Shown here: positions 23,506 through 37,381 of the stretch, piece by piece | Numbering within the stretch: position 1 is the stretch's first letter | Layout of the letters: each line of letters begins with the position of its first letter | Origin: Takakia lepidozioides | Lineage: Eukaryota > Plantae > Bryophyta | Length of the DNA stretch: 64,000 nucleotides | Direction: 5' to 3' | Assembly: GCA_030704615.1 (NCBI GenBank) | Contig: CM060732.1 | Coordinates: forward strand, 16,182,001-16,246,000 | Translations under genes and position numbers: made by a program | Notes under the pieces: model-generated | Told to the model about the DNA's origin: nothing | The model's database searches: none | What the model saw: the letters and a program-made list of their open reading frames with translations, nothing else

Positions 23506-26500
23506 CTACCCAGCTTTCCTTTTCTTACTAGAATCTGAACTGCCAAAGCTCTTTCCTCCCCTTTGGCTCCTTGCAAATCCTTTCTTAGAAGGTCTCAACT
23601 CCGATTTAGGCTCTTGCTTTCTTCCTCCAATCCCCTTTCTTTTCCTCAAGGGAGCCTGATGGTGATCATCCTCACCAGGGTCACTGTCTGAGTTACCACC
23701 GCCAGCTTCTTTTTCATTGTCATCACCATCAACATCCTCGTCCGAAGAAAGCAGCAGGTCTTCCACAACATCCTCATCTTCATTGTCATCTGCAGCTGGT
23801 GCACTCGACTTATTCTTCTTTGATGGTTTTTCTCTGCATGTCATAATCCACTCCACAAGCAAATTATTAAGAAATATATTGTAACTGCGAAAAGTAACAA
23901 TGGACTGTATATGTGATGGATACTGTCATGATTTTTATCAGTACCCAATGTTAGTGGATTTTTGGGAAATAAATGATATTGGTCAGTATTTCAACCATCC
24001 ATTGAGAAAGTAGGTGCAGGTCACCTACCCCTTAGCTTGCTTGGGAGGTAGCCATTGCTTGCTGAAGACCTTAGCTCCCTCTTTGGCATCATCCTCTTCA
24101 TTGTTGTCCCCCAGCTGTTCCTTGTCCCCCCCAACCAGTACACTGCCACAACCCAAGCACCAAGTTTGTCAGCAGCAGCCACACTAATATCTCCCCAGCC
24201 ACTCCAGGCTCTGCGCTCTTTTTTTCACTTGTCAAATGTTATATACAATACACTCACAGAAATAATAAGCAAAAGCAAGACTGGACAACCACCTATATTT
24301 GATTCACGAGCAACCATCACGTAGGCAGGAAAAGTTTAACCTGGAGGTGTGAAGCGCAGTGTGGCGCTGTGCAGCTCGTTGCCGCAGACTGATGACAAAC
24401 TGTGACAAAGGACTTGCTCCTGCTGCTTTTTCCGTCTGCAACACCATTGCAAACATTCCCATGAAGTTCCTGTCCAAATTTCTGCAGGGTATTCTACTCC
24501 AATGCAGTGTTGATTGAAGGGCTGGAATTGACATCACACTAACAGCACAATTTTGAATCTATACCGCTTGTGAACCCTCCACCTAGCAGACATTTCTGTG
24601 TATGGCAGAGAAAGAGAGCAAGACACAAAGATCAGAGCTACCACTTGTTAAGGTACTCTCACAATGTGCACATGAGTGGAGACAAGCACCCCACACTTGC
24701 AGCAATGAATACATTCCTTGCTGCATTATAACGGAGTCAAACCTCAAGAAAGGAGGATGCTGCAGAGATATCCTTTGGCGAGAAAACAACACCGTCCCGC
24801 TTCTTCCCAACAAACTCCACATTCCGTTCAATCTGCACATAGGTATCTTCAGCAACTGCAGCAAACCCTCATGTTCTGCTACTGGTCACTGAAACTGTCT
24901 TAATTCCCAAAGGAATGTTTTTGTTCCCATGTCACATGTCCTGACTACTTGGGAGCTCGCAGAAGATTCAAGAGGGAACTCTCTCGTGAATGCAATATAA
25001 CCGTTCATTTTTCTTACGAACGACCTATTGCTAAAGTTCATCCAGTGCTGAATTCAGTTTACACTACTCATCTGCTCCTTTCAATGCTCGGTCTGTGCCC
25101 ACAATCAAGTGAGTCCCTCTCCCAAGAAAACTGAACAATCACAAGTCTGCAGGCAACAGTCATGCAGACCTCTATCTCTCTTTAAAGGGATATCCTTGGC
25201 AGGAGTTTTCCTACATGAAGACCAGAGGTGCTTTGCGGCATATCTGCACAAGGCTCTTGAACTGGGAGAATCACTTGAAGTTGAGTACTATTATGGCTGC
25301 AGAAGCTGGTTGTTGGGGCCCAGCTCTATTCTTTGTCCACTAAGCTCTCTGAGCTCCCCATGGAATCTAAGAAACGCTCTCTCTCTTTCTCTTTCAACTT
25401 CTCAGGGTTGACCAACCAAAGGAAACAACTTGAAGTGGGACAAGTTCTTCGGACTAATGATATTCATATCTGTGCTGGGCAAGAAACATGGGAAACGTCG
25501 GATAAACTGGTTGGAGATGTCATTGGTCATAAATGGGCAGGTAAGATGTGTACTCTCAAGGCAGCCTCTGCCAAACGCGGTCAAAAAGGGGTCGGATTCT
25601 TTGTCCGTGATTTCTTGTTTGACAATTGTGTTTGAGGTACGAGCATAGTATCTGGCTAAAACTGAATTTGAAGGGCGGCATGAGTACAAAGGACCTCTTT
25701 GTTGGTTGTGTTTACATGCCCACAGAGGGGACCCTTAGTGCTGACGCAGACAAGGCCTTCGAAGATGTAAAGCTGGACTGTGCTTCGTTCCTTGCCAAAG
25801 GTCAGGTGGTACTATTGGGGACTTCAATGCCCGGGTGGGCAAAGGGATCCATCAGGACGATATCATTGGACCTTTTGGTGAGGACGAGCTGAATTCTAAT
25901 GGCAGACAGTTAATTAACTGTCTAGAAGAGCTTCAGCTTTTGACCTTGAATAACAGGACAAGAGGTGACCAAGTGCAGTGGACTCGTGAGAAACCCCAAA
26001 CTGGGGAACGTTCCATTGTGGACTATATCATAATGGACAAAATTTTGTTCCCCCAGTGTGCCAATGTGTTGATCGACAGAACTGATATTGGTACCTCTGA
26101 CCACTTCCTGGTTTGGACTGAGATCAAAAGGTGTTTTCCCAACACCAAGAGATCTGTGAAACGTTCGATTCGGAAGTGGCGCATAGAAAAATTCCATAAT
26201 GAAGAGGTCAAGGCTGAGTATGTCCAGGCCTTGCAAGAGGCTCTCCCTCATTTTGTCCACTCGCTCCAAGACCTTCAGTCTCGTGCTGACAATGCAAGAA
26301 ATGAAGTAGAAAGAGCAGTGGATTCTTGGGAGAGTTTCGTCTCCTCAGCAGCTGACAAGATCATTGGGAGTCTGCGGTAGAGCTGTTAATTGGTGGACCA
26401 ATGAGATTAAACTCAAGATAGCTGAGAGACGAGTCCTTTACAAAGAGTGCTGCAATTTGAAAACCAACAAAGAATTGTGGGCGAGGTACTGGAGTATACC

Positions 26501-29500
26501 TACAACGCTCCCATTAGTTCTTCTGAGATTGTGGAAGCAATTGAACATCTAAATGGATATAAAGCAGGTGGTCCTGATGGCATAGTCAACGAGCTTATCA
26601 AGCACGGTGGCGATCCCATGATAGAGGCCCTAGTTCTCCTCTTTAACCTTATCTGGAAGACTGAAATGATCCCCTTTCGCTGGCGACAGGGGGTCATTGT
26701 CAATCTATATAAGAAGGGTGACAGAGAAGACCCGGGGAACTATCGTGGCATCATGCTTCTCAATGCTGTTGGCAAGATATTTTGCAGAGTTATAAGTACC
26801 CGTCTCGAGGTTGATCTGGAATCTAGAGGTTGTTTTCACAAAGGTCAAGCTGGCTTTCGGCGAAACAGGGGCTGTGTGGACCATATCTTCACTCTAAGCC
26901 AGATTATCCAGGGAAGGAAAAAAGAAGGGAAACCCACTTATGTTTTTTTCTTGGATGTCAAAAAGAATTATGACACAGTGTGGAGAGATGGTCTATGGCT
27001 CCGACTCTGGTCTTGCGGAATCAAGGGAAAAATGTGGAGAGTTGTCCATAACTTGTATGCCCACACCAAAAGCTGTGTCACTGTTAATGGACAGAAGTCT
27101 AACTTCTTTGACATAGACCAAGGTGTAGCTCAAGGATGTACCCTCTCCCCTCTGCTCTTCAATGTTTTCATCAATCAACTCCTCGAGGATGTGGAACGTG
27201 AGGGATTTGGGTTAAGGGCAGCCCTTATGTTTGCGGATGACTTCGCAGGCATAGGGGAGACTCCTTTCAACCTCCAGGAATTGATTGATTGTGCGAAGAG
27301 ATACTTTGATCTTTGGGGGCTAGAGGCTAATGTCAGTAAATGTGCAGTGGTGGTATTCAACGACAGAGGAGAGGGAGGAAGTGGTCTTAAGTGGCAGTGG
27401 GGTAGCCAAGAGATTCCAGTCCTCTCTTCCTACACATACCTGGGCGTTGAGTTTTCCTCCAACTGTAACTGGGATGCACATATCCAGAAAGTTGTTCAAA
27501 CTGGCAAGGGCAAAGCGCTGAGTCTCACTAAATTTTTCCACTGCAGAGGGATTAACTCTGAGGTCAAGAAAATTTTGCTTTCCCGCGTTATTAGACCTGC
27601 CTTGGAGTACGGACTGCTATATGGGTTGATAACTCCAACCAGGCTCTCTAGAATCCATTCAAGTGGGGGTGCTTAAGGAGTGCATGTCAGCATGCTCCAA
27701 AACAGCCAATGTGGCTGTTCGGGGTGAGTTTGGCATCCCTTCCTTAAGCTCCCGACGAGATGAATTCAAGGTCAGATGGTGGGGTCAGTTGCAACACCTG
27801 TCCAACACCAGATACCCTAAGTTAATCGACTCTATATCTTGGAAACAGGACCGCCCTGTCAAACAGGCTAAGTCCTGGCAGAAGAGAGTAGAAGAGATTC
27901 TTAAGGATCTGAATCTGGACCCGCAAGTCTTGACCTTGCTGGATAAATCTGACTTAGAGACTGTAGTGTCCAAAGCCATGTCTGTTACCAGAAAATTGTC
28001 TGATGCAAATGAAGTTAGGCAGAAAAACTTCCCTGAACCTGTTTTCCAGTCTGTGACATGGGGGAGGATATCATGGATGACCTCAAGGGTCTACCCACTC
28101 TCGGCACCAGACTGAAATTTAAACTCGGGGCAGGAAGCCTACCTTTGAACAGTAAACAGAAGCAGAGAGGACAGGGAGAGTGCAATTGCCTGTTGTGTGG
28201 GCAACCCGAAGACAATATTCATTTTCTGATTCACTGTCCGGGGTACTCTCACCAGAGAGAAGCTCTCCTCCAATCTATCAAGAGAATTGTGCCTGTACCT
28301 CTGTTTACCAACTTTGAAAGTCTCGAGGCTGAGCCAAAAGCGCAGGCCCTTCTGAGGCCTAGTTTTTGGGCAAATCACACACAGCAGATTGATGCTTGTG
28401 TGAAGGGATTTCTAGAGGATATCTGGAAAACCCGAATCAATTCTATGTATAAAGGTAAGTCTTACTACCAATGTCAGCCCCTGACAGAGGTAGGTTCTGT
28501 CCCTTTGGTTTCCGCTCAAACTGGGCGCGGGGTCAATGGCCACAAGGCTACGGCAAACAACATCTTATGAGTACATTCTCTCTTTCTCTTTTTCCGCCCA
28601 AACTGGGCGTGGGGTCTATGGCCACAAGGCTACGGCAGACAACCTCTTATGAGTACATTCTCTCTTTGTCGCTTCCCCCTCTCTCTGTTCTTTCCCTCCC
28701 TCTCTTGTCCCAATAAGCTCTGAGGGCTGCTCTGAGGGCTTCCTGTGGACATCATAAAGTTCACCTCTTCCTCTCTGTAGGAAGCCTTCGCCCCATACCT
28801 GGTCCACCAAGAGCTTGACTTGGCGGCGAAAACGATCAACAGTGGTGTCCTTGATCAAACGACGCAGCTGCACCAATGGCACCACTGCCAGCTCTGGGAA
28901 TGCGATGGCATAACTCCATTGAGCCAGATGTTCTGTGAGCTGCTCCACCACCACTGTCACACATTCCTCCTGAAAAGCTCGTGTCTTCACAGCCATCTTT
29001 CCAACCTGCCTCATTCCGAGAACATATGATTTGTAGGTGTACACGTATGTGCTGAGGTGTGATTGCACAGAAGGTTTGATCTACATCAATCCACCTAAAG
29101 AACATCGCAGGTTTTTCACCTGAAGGTCTACTGGATAATCGAGGAGGATCCTGTGAAAAATACTGTGTGAAACTGGTGCGCTAGCTGAAGCTTGAAACAG
29201 AAGCAGACATGAAATGGAGAAACAGGAAACATGTCCAACCTTAAGTGTGGTCGCAAAGTCAAGAGCCTTGCCCACCCCACCCATGGGGTTCATATGAAGC
29301 TCCTTGAATTGCAACATGTCTAACAGCACTGAAGCCACTGGAACAAAACAACCCGTTGCAGCAGACAGCTTGTTCAGCATCTGGACAGCTTGCAATCGCA
29401 AAGGAAAATACTGGGCTGTGGGCACCAAGCGTGCCACACCATCGATAACCTGCGATAGGGGGTAAACTAGAGGACGAAGCTGCTGGTCACTGTATGAAGA

Positions 29501-32500
29501 GACTACCCTCACCCACACATTCAATGAATTGATGTACTGCCAGCTATACACCTGCTTGAAAGCTTCCTGCACCTCCACTCCCCCTTCGTCAGTCAACTCT
29601 TGACTCCATGTGGGCCTGCCTCTCCCAGTTTTACCATCACTCACTCTCAGATTCAGTTGCTCAGCTTGAAAGTATTTTTCTGAAGTCCTTAAACACCTCA
29701 AGAAAGGGACAAGCAGGAGGTGCTGTAATGACCTTGGTTTTCATTGTGAGGCCGCTGCGGAGAACGATGGCGAGCTGACGGATAAAGATGAAGGCATGCT
29801 GATAGGAGGCTGTCATGTCAATGCCATACAGCTCCACCACACAGCTTGCCATAAAGTGAATCCGAGGTTGTGATGTTACATTGACAAACTTGCATCTGGC
29901 AGCATATTCCTTGTATAGACCTTTTAGACATGTGTCCAGATAATCGGATCCTAGCTGAATGGCCATCTCTCGAATGAACATGAATGCTAAGAGAGGGAGA
30001 GCTCCTTCTCCACTGCCCCAGAAATGCAGTGCGACCTACATGCACATCCAAGATGACCCATCCTTTGAGGACACCAACACTCAGAAATTCGATTGACGAA
30101 GACAAGAAGTCACCAGTCTGTAGGAATCATACCTTCAGGTATTTCCGGGCCAGCCTTGGAAAGGCCCCCAGAAACATGACAGAAGCCTTCAAGCGTCGGA
30201 GAGTGAATGAAATCATCTCATTGTCAGTCATTTGGTTTAGAATATGCAGCACATTACCCAGAAAAGTTTTCACAAACGGTTCCACCTTCTTCCACTTTGA
30301 TAGTTTCTGCACATCCAGAGCCCCACCCATCTTCTCCGCAGTGTCACCCGAGCCCAATATTTGCTTCAAGATGCCATCCATTTCAACCAGCACAAACAGC
30401 ATGATCTTATTAAAGACATGGCTACTTGCGATGTTGTATTTGGATGCCAGCTCGTCCATCTCCCCATCCCCATAATGACAAGCTGTTCGAAATGCACGAA
30501 GGAGGTTACGGAGGGCCCCAACGTGTTGTTTTTCCTTCACAGCAGTGCCCCATGTCTCAACAAGTGCCGTTGAGAGACTCACTGATGCTGCCCCATCATC
30601 CTTACCAGCTCCTTCAACTGTTTGCCCTTGCTTGTCTACCTCGCCTTCTTCTTCAGGCCCCTACAATTGTCCCAGCACTTCAAATGATGAACTAGATCAA
30701 CGTTCCACTGTTCCACTTAACCAGTGCTGACAATCATTGGTCATTACCACATGACTATATAGGAATACATCAACGAGTGAATGACGGGCACATGACAGAG
30801 ACTACTTATTAATTCAAGCTTCAAACTTCGTGGTAAACACTGTTCCATCTCTATCTCTTGCAGGAAGACAGACAAAGATTTAGGTGGATTCTCCACCTGA
30901 ACTGACATGCTGCAGTGAACCATTTGCAACGTACTGAAACAGCAATCTCCCCCTTTTCAAATGTAAATAAATGACCTGACTCTTACTAGAGGCCTCAGAA
31001 AGGGCCTGGGAAATTTAACTTTTGGGAATGGACTGGACATGAGCACAATGGCTAAACTAGAAGCATGTGATGTGAAGGGAGCAATAATGCACCTCCCCAT
31101 CTTCGTCATCAAAATCGAGCAGCTCCTTATCATGCTCCTGCAGAAACTGATAGAATTCGGGATCCTGCACGCCCCTCCCCATTCAAGCAATGTCTACATG
31201 GGAACAACTGTATCACCAGCATATCACACATCAAAAGAGCAGATTGTCAAATGCATCTACAAACAAAGGACATTGGTATCATGCACATCCATAAGCATGA
31301 CTCACAGGAACTACCTCAGTGACAAGCTATCTGTTACCGGAACTAGGGTCAATGGAAAGAAATCCGTCAAGAGACTCAAAATCATTCTCACCTTTTGTTG
31401 AAGCTGTTCAAGTTCCTGCTTATGTTTGGCAACTTCTGACCAAAGGTATTTGTTTTGATTGTGCAAGCCTTCCCCATCTGATGCCTCATCCTCCTCCTCT
31501 GTGGACCCCCATTCAATTATCGTGTTCAGACTTTTGCGACACACCTAAGTCGATGTTCCCTTGATCCAGTATGCTGTTCCTTTCTACCCTCAAAGAGAGG
31601 GGAAGAGACAAAAGAGGAGAGATCTTCCTTTCAACTGACTGAGATTTTACTACAATTAATGCCCTACTTCATGAGGGAGCTGCTGACTAAGTTCTACCAA
31701 TCCTCTATCATTGAAACGAGTCCCAAGTTATCACAAGCACAGGGGAAGAGGAAACATAGAGATGATAAAACATGGAGAGAGAGGGAGGCGGATAGAGAGA
31801 CAAACCCACCATCGGAGGCCTCATCTTGCAGATCAGGAGGGGCGATATCTGTGAACTCATCCTGCTTGTCTTCCTATTGCATGTTCACGACCAACAGAAC
31901 ACATCCCAAATCATGTCCCCAACCCCATGCATTTTAGCAAAACACACTAAGCAGCCCCAAGTCATGCATTCATAGATACAAGGGCCAACTTCATGTGAAC
32001 TCAAGGACCAAAGATGCAGACAGTCATCAGTATGCCAGCATCCCGTCTGATCTCACAACCAGCAGAACCCAAAAACTTGTTTCCCAACATCACTCATCAA
32101 CATATCACCAGCGCCAGATTATTATGATTATCCACAGAACAGTTGGTGACCTCAGTTAGTGCATCATCTTCAGAGGCAGCATCCTCGTCTTCATCACTCA
32201 TGTCTTCCAGGAAATCTCCACGCATTAACTCATCCACATCCATATCCTCCACCCTCCTACCACCCCAATGCCAGTATCACTCTCGTTCAGTTTCACCAGA
32301 AGGTATTGAATGCTTCACATGGGTCAACTTCAAAGCAGAGGCATAATAAGTTGACTTGCAGATGAGCATAAGAAAACAAGCATAGACAACTAGAAGAATA
32401 TGACCACTTACTTCAGTTTGCTTTGGTCTCCAACCTTCTTTTTCTCCTTCTCAGAACCTGCACTCAACCATTTCGCTACACTGAGTTCATCATGCTCCTC

Positions 32501-33046
32501 AATTGCAACAACAGCGTGTAACCACCACCCTCACGAGAGAGAGCGTTTGAAGAGAGACCATGGGTTCAGGGTTTAAGGTTTAAATCTGTCACTACGTTGA
32601 TAATCCCTAACCATGATTCGATACAACATCAGCACACACAGGGAAGAAATATTTGAAGGGAAGATTTAATTTACCCGTTTCATCCCGCTCCAATACAAAG
32701 AACCACTAAAGCCTATGTCCGGACTCCAAAGATACGAACCAGATCTTTAGCTTTCAGAGGGTAGGAAAACTAGTACTTCTCCCATCTAACAGAGGATTGC
32801 CCATCTCTTTGTTTTGATGAATGGAATTCGTTCCGCCCAGAATGTTGTGCCTCATGGAATGCTACTATACCAAGTCACCGCCCACAAAGGTTGGATTCTG
32901 GAAGATGAGCACCCACCTGCTGGTCTAATTGCATCCTGCTTGCGGCGAAGTGCATTCTTCATGGGCTTCAGCTTGCGCCGGTGCGCAATGGCCGCTCCCA
33001 GATGCTTTTTTTGAAACTTCCTCGAACTCTTTGCGACTTTCCCCAT
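23506..33046 (-). CDS. NOC2: Nucleolar complex protein 2 homolog, multi-exon
   Basis: MGKVAKSSRKFQKKHL, HKQELEQLQQK|DPEFYQFLQEHDKELLDF, ALRNLLRAFRTACHYGD, KWKKVEPFVKTFLGNVLH, SYQHAFIFIRQLAIVLR, KQVYSWQYIN, LRPLVYPLSQVI, YFPLRL, WSYAIAFPELA; acidic/basic C-terminus; GT-AG introns. Confidence 0.92.
25392..28700 (+). mobile_element. Near full-length LINE ORF2 (APE endonuclease + RT + C-terminal CCHC; RTE/RTEX-like), antisense in a NOC2 intron; degenerate
   Basis: APE motifs GQETW, GDFNARVG (frameshifted), NSNGRQL, SIVDYII, SDH; RT motifs QAGFR, GVAQGCTLSPLLF, FADD, YLG; CLLC..E...HFLIHC; duplicated ~70-bp 3' unit and TC tail. Clade assignment is tentative. Confidence 0.92.
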
Positions 33047-33429
33047 CTCGGTACAACCCACCACAACTAAAAACTGAAACGACTAACCGAGGAGGTGGAA
33101 CGCAAGAAAGCTAGCAGAAAGAAGAATCATGAATCACCTTGAGAAACTAGACTCTCAGAAATACACTACACTTTCGAGTTCTGCATCGAGACCCCTTACA
33201 GCGTAGCACAAAACACCCAAGCACCAACATTCGTAAACACCCCTCCTCGAAATCAAACCCTGCAGATTTGTGTCTGGTCTTTAGCCCCTAGAACATTCTA
33301 TTATTATTATTATTATATTCAACAAGCTGTAAACCGCGAGAGGCTCTATCCATTGGAGCAAAAGAGAGGGGAGGTTAAATGAAAGGGGATGATATTTGTG
33401 TTGATACAAAAATAAGAATATTCTGTTTA

Positions 33430-34162
33430 CTGTCCCGGGACAACCGTTTAGGCATTTTTGCGCCTACTAATTATTTCAATCAATCAGACTGCTTCCGCAC
33501 GTTTCTCAAACCATTTCTCACATTAGGCATCTTCATGCTATAAGTTTTTAGCATTAGGCACATGAGAAGAGAAAACATTTATTGTACGGACATGATTGTC
33601 TCTCGGTAAGAACAATGTGGGATTTTATGGACTTTTGAGCACACTTTCCAGGGAGAAGCTATGCGAGCAAATTTTGTAACCAATTTGTTTGCAGTGAATG
33701 ATGATTTGGTGGACGGGAGTCACTCGGGATATCCCTGATATCTACCTTGACCTTAGTGTAGAGGAAACTATGTGTAGATGTCTTGCAAATCTGCATATTG
33801 AAAATGAGGATATCCCTGATCTCAATGTGGTGGACAGGTAGATTTAGAGATCATGATGATTAGCGAGGAGGATGAATACGATGACATTGTTGAGTCCAGG
33901 GGCCTTTCGAGTTACATGGAGCTCATCGCAAATAGATTGCAATTTGTAGGAAGTTATTTCCGCACGCATATATTTGTATTGATTTTTGTTCAATGAAATT
34001 TTCATCTTATTACAAACAACATGAGAAGAGGCTTGCCTGGAATTTTTAGGCATTAGGTCCCATAGTTTCCGAACAATTAGGCCAAAATCTGAAAAATTCC
34101 CAAAATTGGTTAGGCACTTTCATTTTGAATTAATTATCGCCTAAACAGTTGTCCAAGGACGG
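33430..34162. mobile_element. Non-autonomous Tc1/mariner-like element (MITE) upstream of NOC2
   Basis: Terminal inverted repeats CTGTCCCGGGACAACCGTTTAGGC / GCCTAAACAGTTGTCCAAGGACGG (20/24 match) flanked by TA on both sides. Confidence 0.75.
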
Positions 34163-35844
34163 TATGTGTGATACATTTTGTGTTGAAGATGTATTTTGGA
34201 AAGATTCATCCATTTGTTTTTTTAATATGTAATTCATGTGTCTAGTTACTTGTAGTTTTGTTAAACCTAACGATTGATGTTTTAATAAGAACACGGAAGC
34301 AATATCTTTAATTGGTTTTGTAGGATGTGATCTAGTAAGTTCATATAATTAATTATTTAAGTTATCTGACCATTGGAATCTATGTGTTAATAATGGTTTA
34401 AACCAGGGATGAGATATATTATTTTCATGTAAAATATGTATAGGAAGTGATTGAGTAAAATGTTTTCCAATGTCAAGTGAAGTGGCATGACTAATCGTTG
34501 ACAAAACTTTAATATGACGTTTTAAGTAGTATGAAACACACTAAAGAACGGGTATCTAATATTGGCGACGGTAAGTTCTGTATTTCTTGTAAATATATTT
34601 CAATTTCAGTTATGCTTGGTACAATTGTAAAACATTGCTTTAAATCTGTTTGAAACTCTAGTGAAAGAGAAGAAATAATTTCTCTAAAGTACAAGCATTG
34701 ATAAATACGTCTGCTTCAATTGTTTTAGGTAGCAAAAATAATTCAATAAATGATAATGATGGACATGAAAATATAAATGATTGAGCAATTTGTAATTTAT
34801 GTTGAACCAAAAAATTATTAATATTCATTTCCATAAATTATTTGTATATCATATAATAAATGGGCACTTGTTGTACTAGTAATTCTAAATGTTATTTATG
34901 GAAGTACTTTCTAAATTATATTTTTTTATTACATATAATATGTTAAATCCATTTCAAATCTCTTAGAAGCTATTTTAATGATTGTGTTTATCATTATAAC
35001 ACTCATAAAAATATCCGTTTGAAACTGTTTTGAAGACCACTTTGGAGACTGAATTTAATACTGTAACACTGAGAAAAACATGTATTTGAGATTGTTTTGA
35101 AGACCGTCTTAAAATTGTTTTTGAAAAACAAACCGAGATTTGTAGACCGCAATGACAACTACAATGAGTATTGAAGCACAAAAATAGTGATTACGTTTTT
35201 GTAAAACATATGTTTTGAAAGCTGAAGACATTATTAATAAGAAAAACTCAAGTTACATGAAACAAAATACATATTGTTTAAATGTAAGTAAACATACAAG
35301 TTTTAAATTCAAAATACAAACCTAAAATGAAATGTATAATATATATAATATGTATATATAGAGAATAAAAACTATCTAACTTTTTAGGTTTCTTAGTTTT
35401 TGAAGGCAGATTGTCATCATCGACAAATAGTCATCGTTTTGGTTTGCCTTCTTGATGACCAGAAGGTTCATGTTTGAAAAGAGGCTCAGTAAGAGGTTTA
35501 GTGCGTAAAAAAAAAATTATCTGAGGTGTTGGTCAAGTATCCAAAGATATGGGTGAACTTTCAAGTTCTGGAAACAAGTGTGGTTCGATGGATGAATCCA
35601 ATGTAGATGCTGATAAAACAGTTATGGTATGTCAGAAATTGTCTATACAATATCTAGACCTAGATTGTGCTCTTCAAAGCCAACAAGGTAAGATGTGGGC
35701 GATAACATAAATTTACCTTGTAAACTGAGTCTGGATAGAAGGCCAATTTGTTTATGCTTGCTGCAAGCCAAAAAGTCAAGTTCAGTCATGGAAACAATAG
35801 CTTCCAGCCATTGCCCCAGCAAATATGTAATGATGATTTCAGTC

Positions 35845-36655
35845 CCATCATTGACCAATCACTTCTGGCTAACCAAAGTTACCACTGACGCACAAATCCA
35901 GCAAACACTGAAATTCAGATACGCCCAATACATAGGACATTAACGCAAACATATCTTCTGGCCGCATCTATTCTCATCTCCCTACTGCCCATTATGCTTA
36001 ACTACTCACCAAGCACGTGACACTTGGCCGCACCTCCTTAGTCAATGTACGCATCCAATTATACATGGCCTTCATATCACACGTTATACCCACGCAGTTT
36101 GGCATCTCCACATGACATTATTTCAGGATTGAGAGGAAAGACGGGAATTTGAAACAAAACATAATGTACCGGATAACATGGCAACATGGAATAAATGGAA
36201 TGGAATAAATCTAAGTTACAATTAAGCTGGAATATGGAACATTCAAATGTGACTGCAACATGGAATAAACGGCATGGAATAAATCTAAGTTACAATTAAG
36301 CTGGAAATCTCAAAATATGCAGATGAAGCCAATTGGTTTCAGTGATAATCAAGAATATTTTATTATGAAACAGTGACAACCGAAAGACTATTAATGCTGG
36401 CACCTACCAAGGTCGGCCACCAGACCACACTGTACCACAATGGTTGCTACCATGCATATGCACCCGGTCACCATGCTCTTGCCCCGCTAGGCTTTGCTCG
36501 GACATACTCTTTATCCAAGGCCTACCCATTAACACCCTGCCACCCACCTCACCATCCCCTCAATTCACCATTCATTTCATTGAATTCACATTTTGTCATG
36601 ATCGATATCCCAATGACTCGATCTTAGAAAAACGTCAAAAATATGCCCCGCTTAA
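35845..36655 (+). mobile_element. 3' fragment of an RLE-type (restriction-like endonuclease) non-LTR retrotransposon, Dualen/RandI-like; interrupted at ~36122-36385
   Basis: TNHFW...LKFRYAQY...CPLC..RDTWPHLLSQCTHPIIHGLHITR then INAGT...WLLPC...RLCSDIL...IHFIEFTFCHD...KRQKYAPL (CCHC + PD-(D/E)xK-like pattern). Confidence 0.7.
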
Positions 36656-37381
36656 CAATATCACTACAGCTTTGCATATAACAAGCATCTACTAATCCTC
36701 TTTCCTCCTTCATCGTGCTCTCCATCCTTTGCTTCCGATCTCCGCTCCCGCCTGACTACGAAGTCCTCCTCGAATAATCCCCTTCCTCCATTCCCCGTTT
36801 TTCCCTTTATCTTCCTATCCGCAGTTCTAACCGTTTCCCTCACTAACCGTCGTCTGTGAACTAACATGTTCCCTTCGCAGGTGTTGTTCCCCACAGTCGT
36901 TCCATGTCCTACTCTTCGTTCCCTATGATCGTGACAGCTGTGTCAAGCTGTTACTGGCTGTGTGAAACTGTGACGGGCTGTGACTGGCTGTGCGACTGTG
37001 TTTGGCTGTGTCGGGCTGTGACTGGCTGTGTGGCTGTGCCGGGCTGTGTCGGCTATGTCGGCTGTGTCTGCTGTGACGACTGTGACGGGCTGTGCTGTTG
37101 GCTGTGTGACGGGCTGTGTAGGGCTGTGTTGGCTGTGTTGGCTGTGTCGGCTGTGTCGACTGTGACTGGCTGTGTGGCTGTGTCGGCTGTGTGACGACTG
37201 TGACTGGCTGTGTTGGCTGTGTCGGCTGTGACGACTGTGACTGGCTGTGTTGGCTGTGTAACCCCCTTCTACAGTGCGCTGCTGTCACCCCTAAGGCTCC
37301 TGTTGGTCTCAGTCTGTGCAAAAATTAAGGGTACCCTACAGATCCCGTATAAGTGTCTAAGTCCCCTACAGTCCTCTAACA
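36656..37381 (-). mobile_element. LTR fragment of the Gypsy family at 52268, with (CACAGC/GTCACAGC)-rich simple repeats
   Basis: Minus strand starts TGTTAGAG and matches 52268-52395 over ~130 bp; degenerate GGCTGTGT repeats at 36930-37260. Confidence 0.75.

Noticed and set aside
34200-35640. AT-rich stretch as a gene or defined transposon
   Set aside because: No convincing ORF, termini or motifs were visible.
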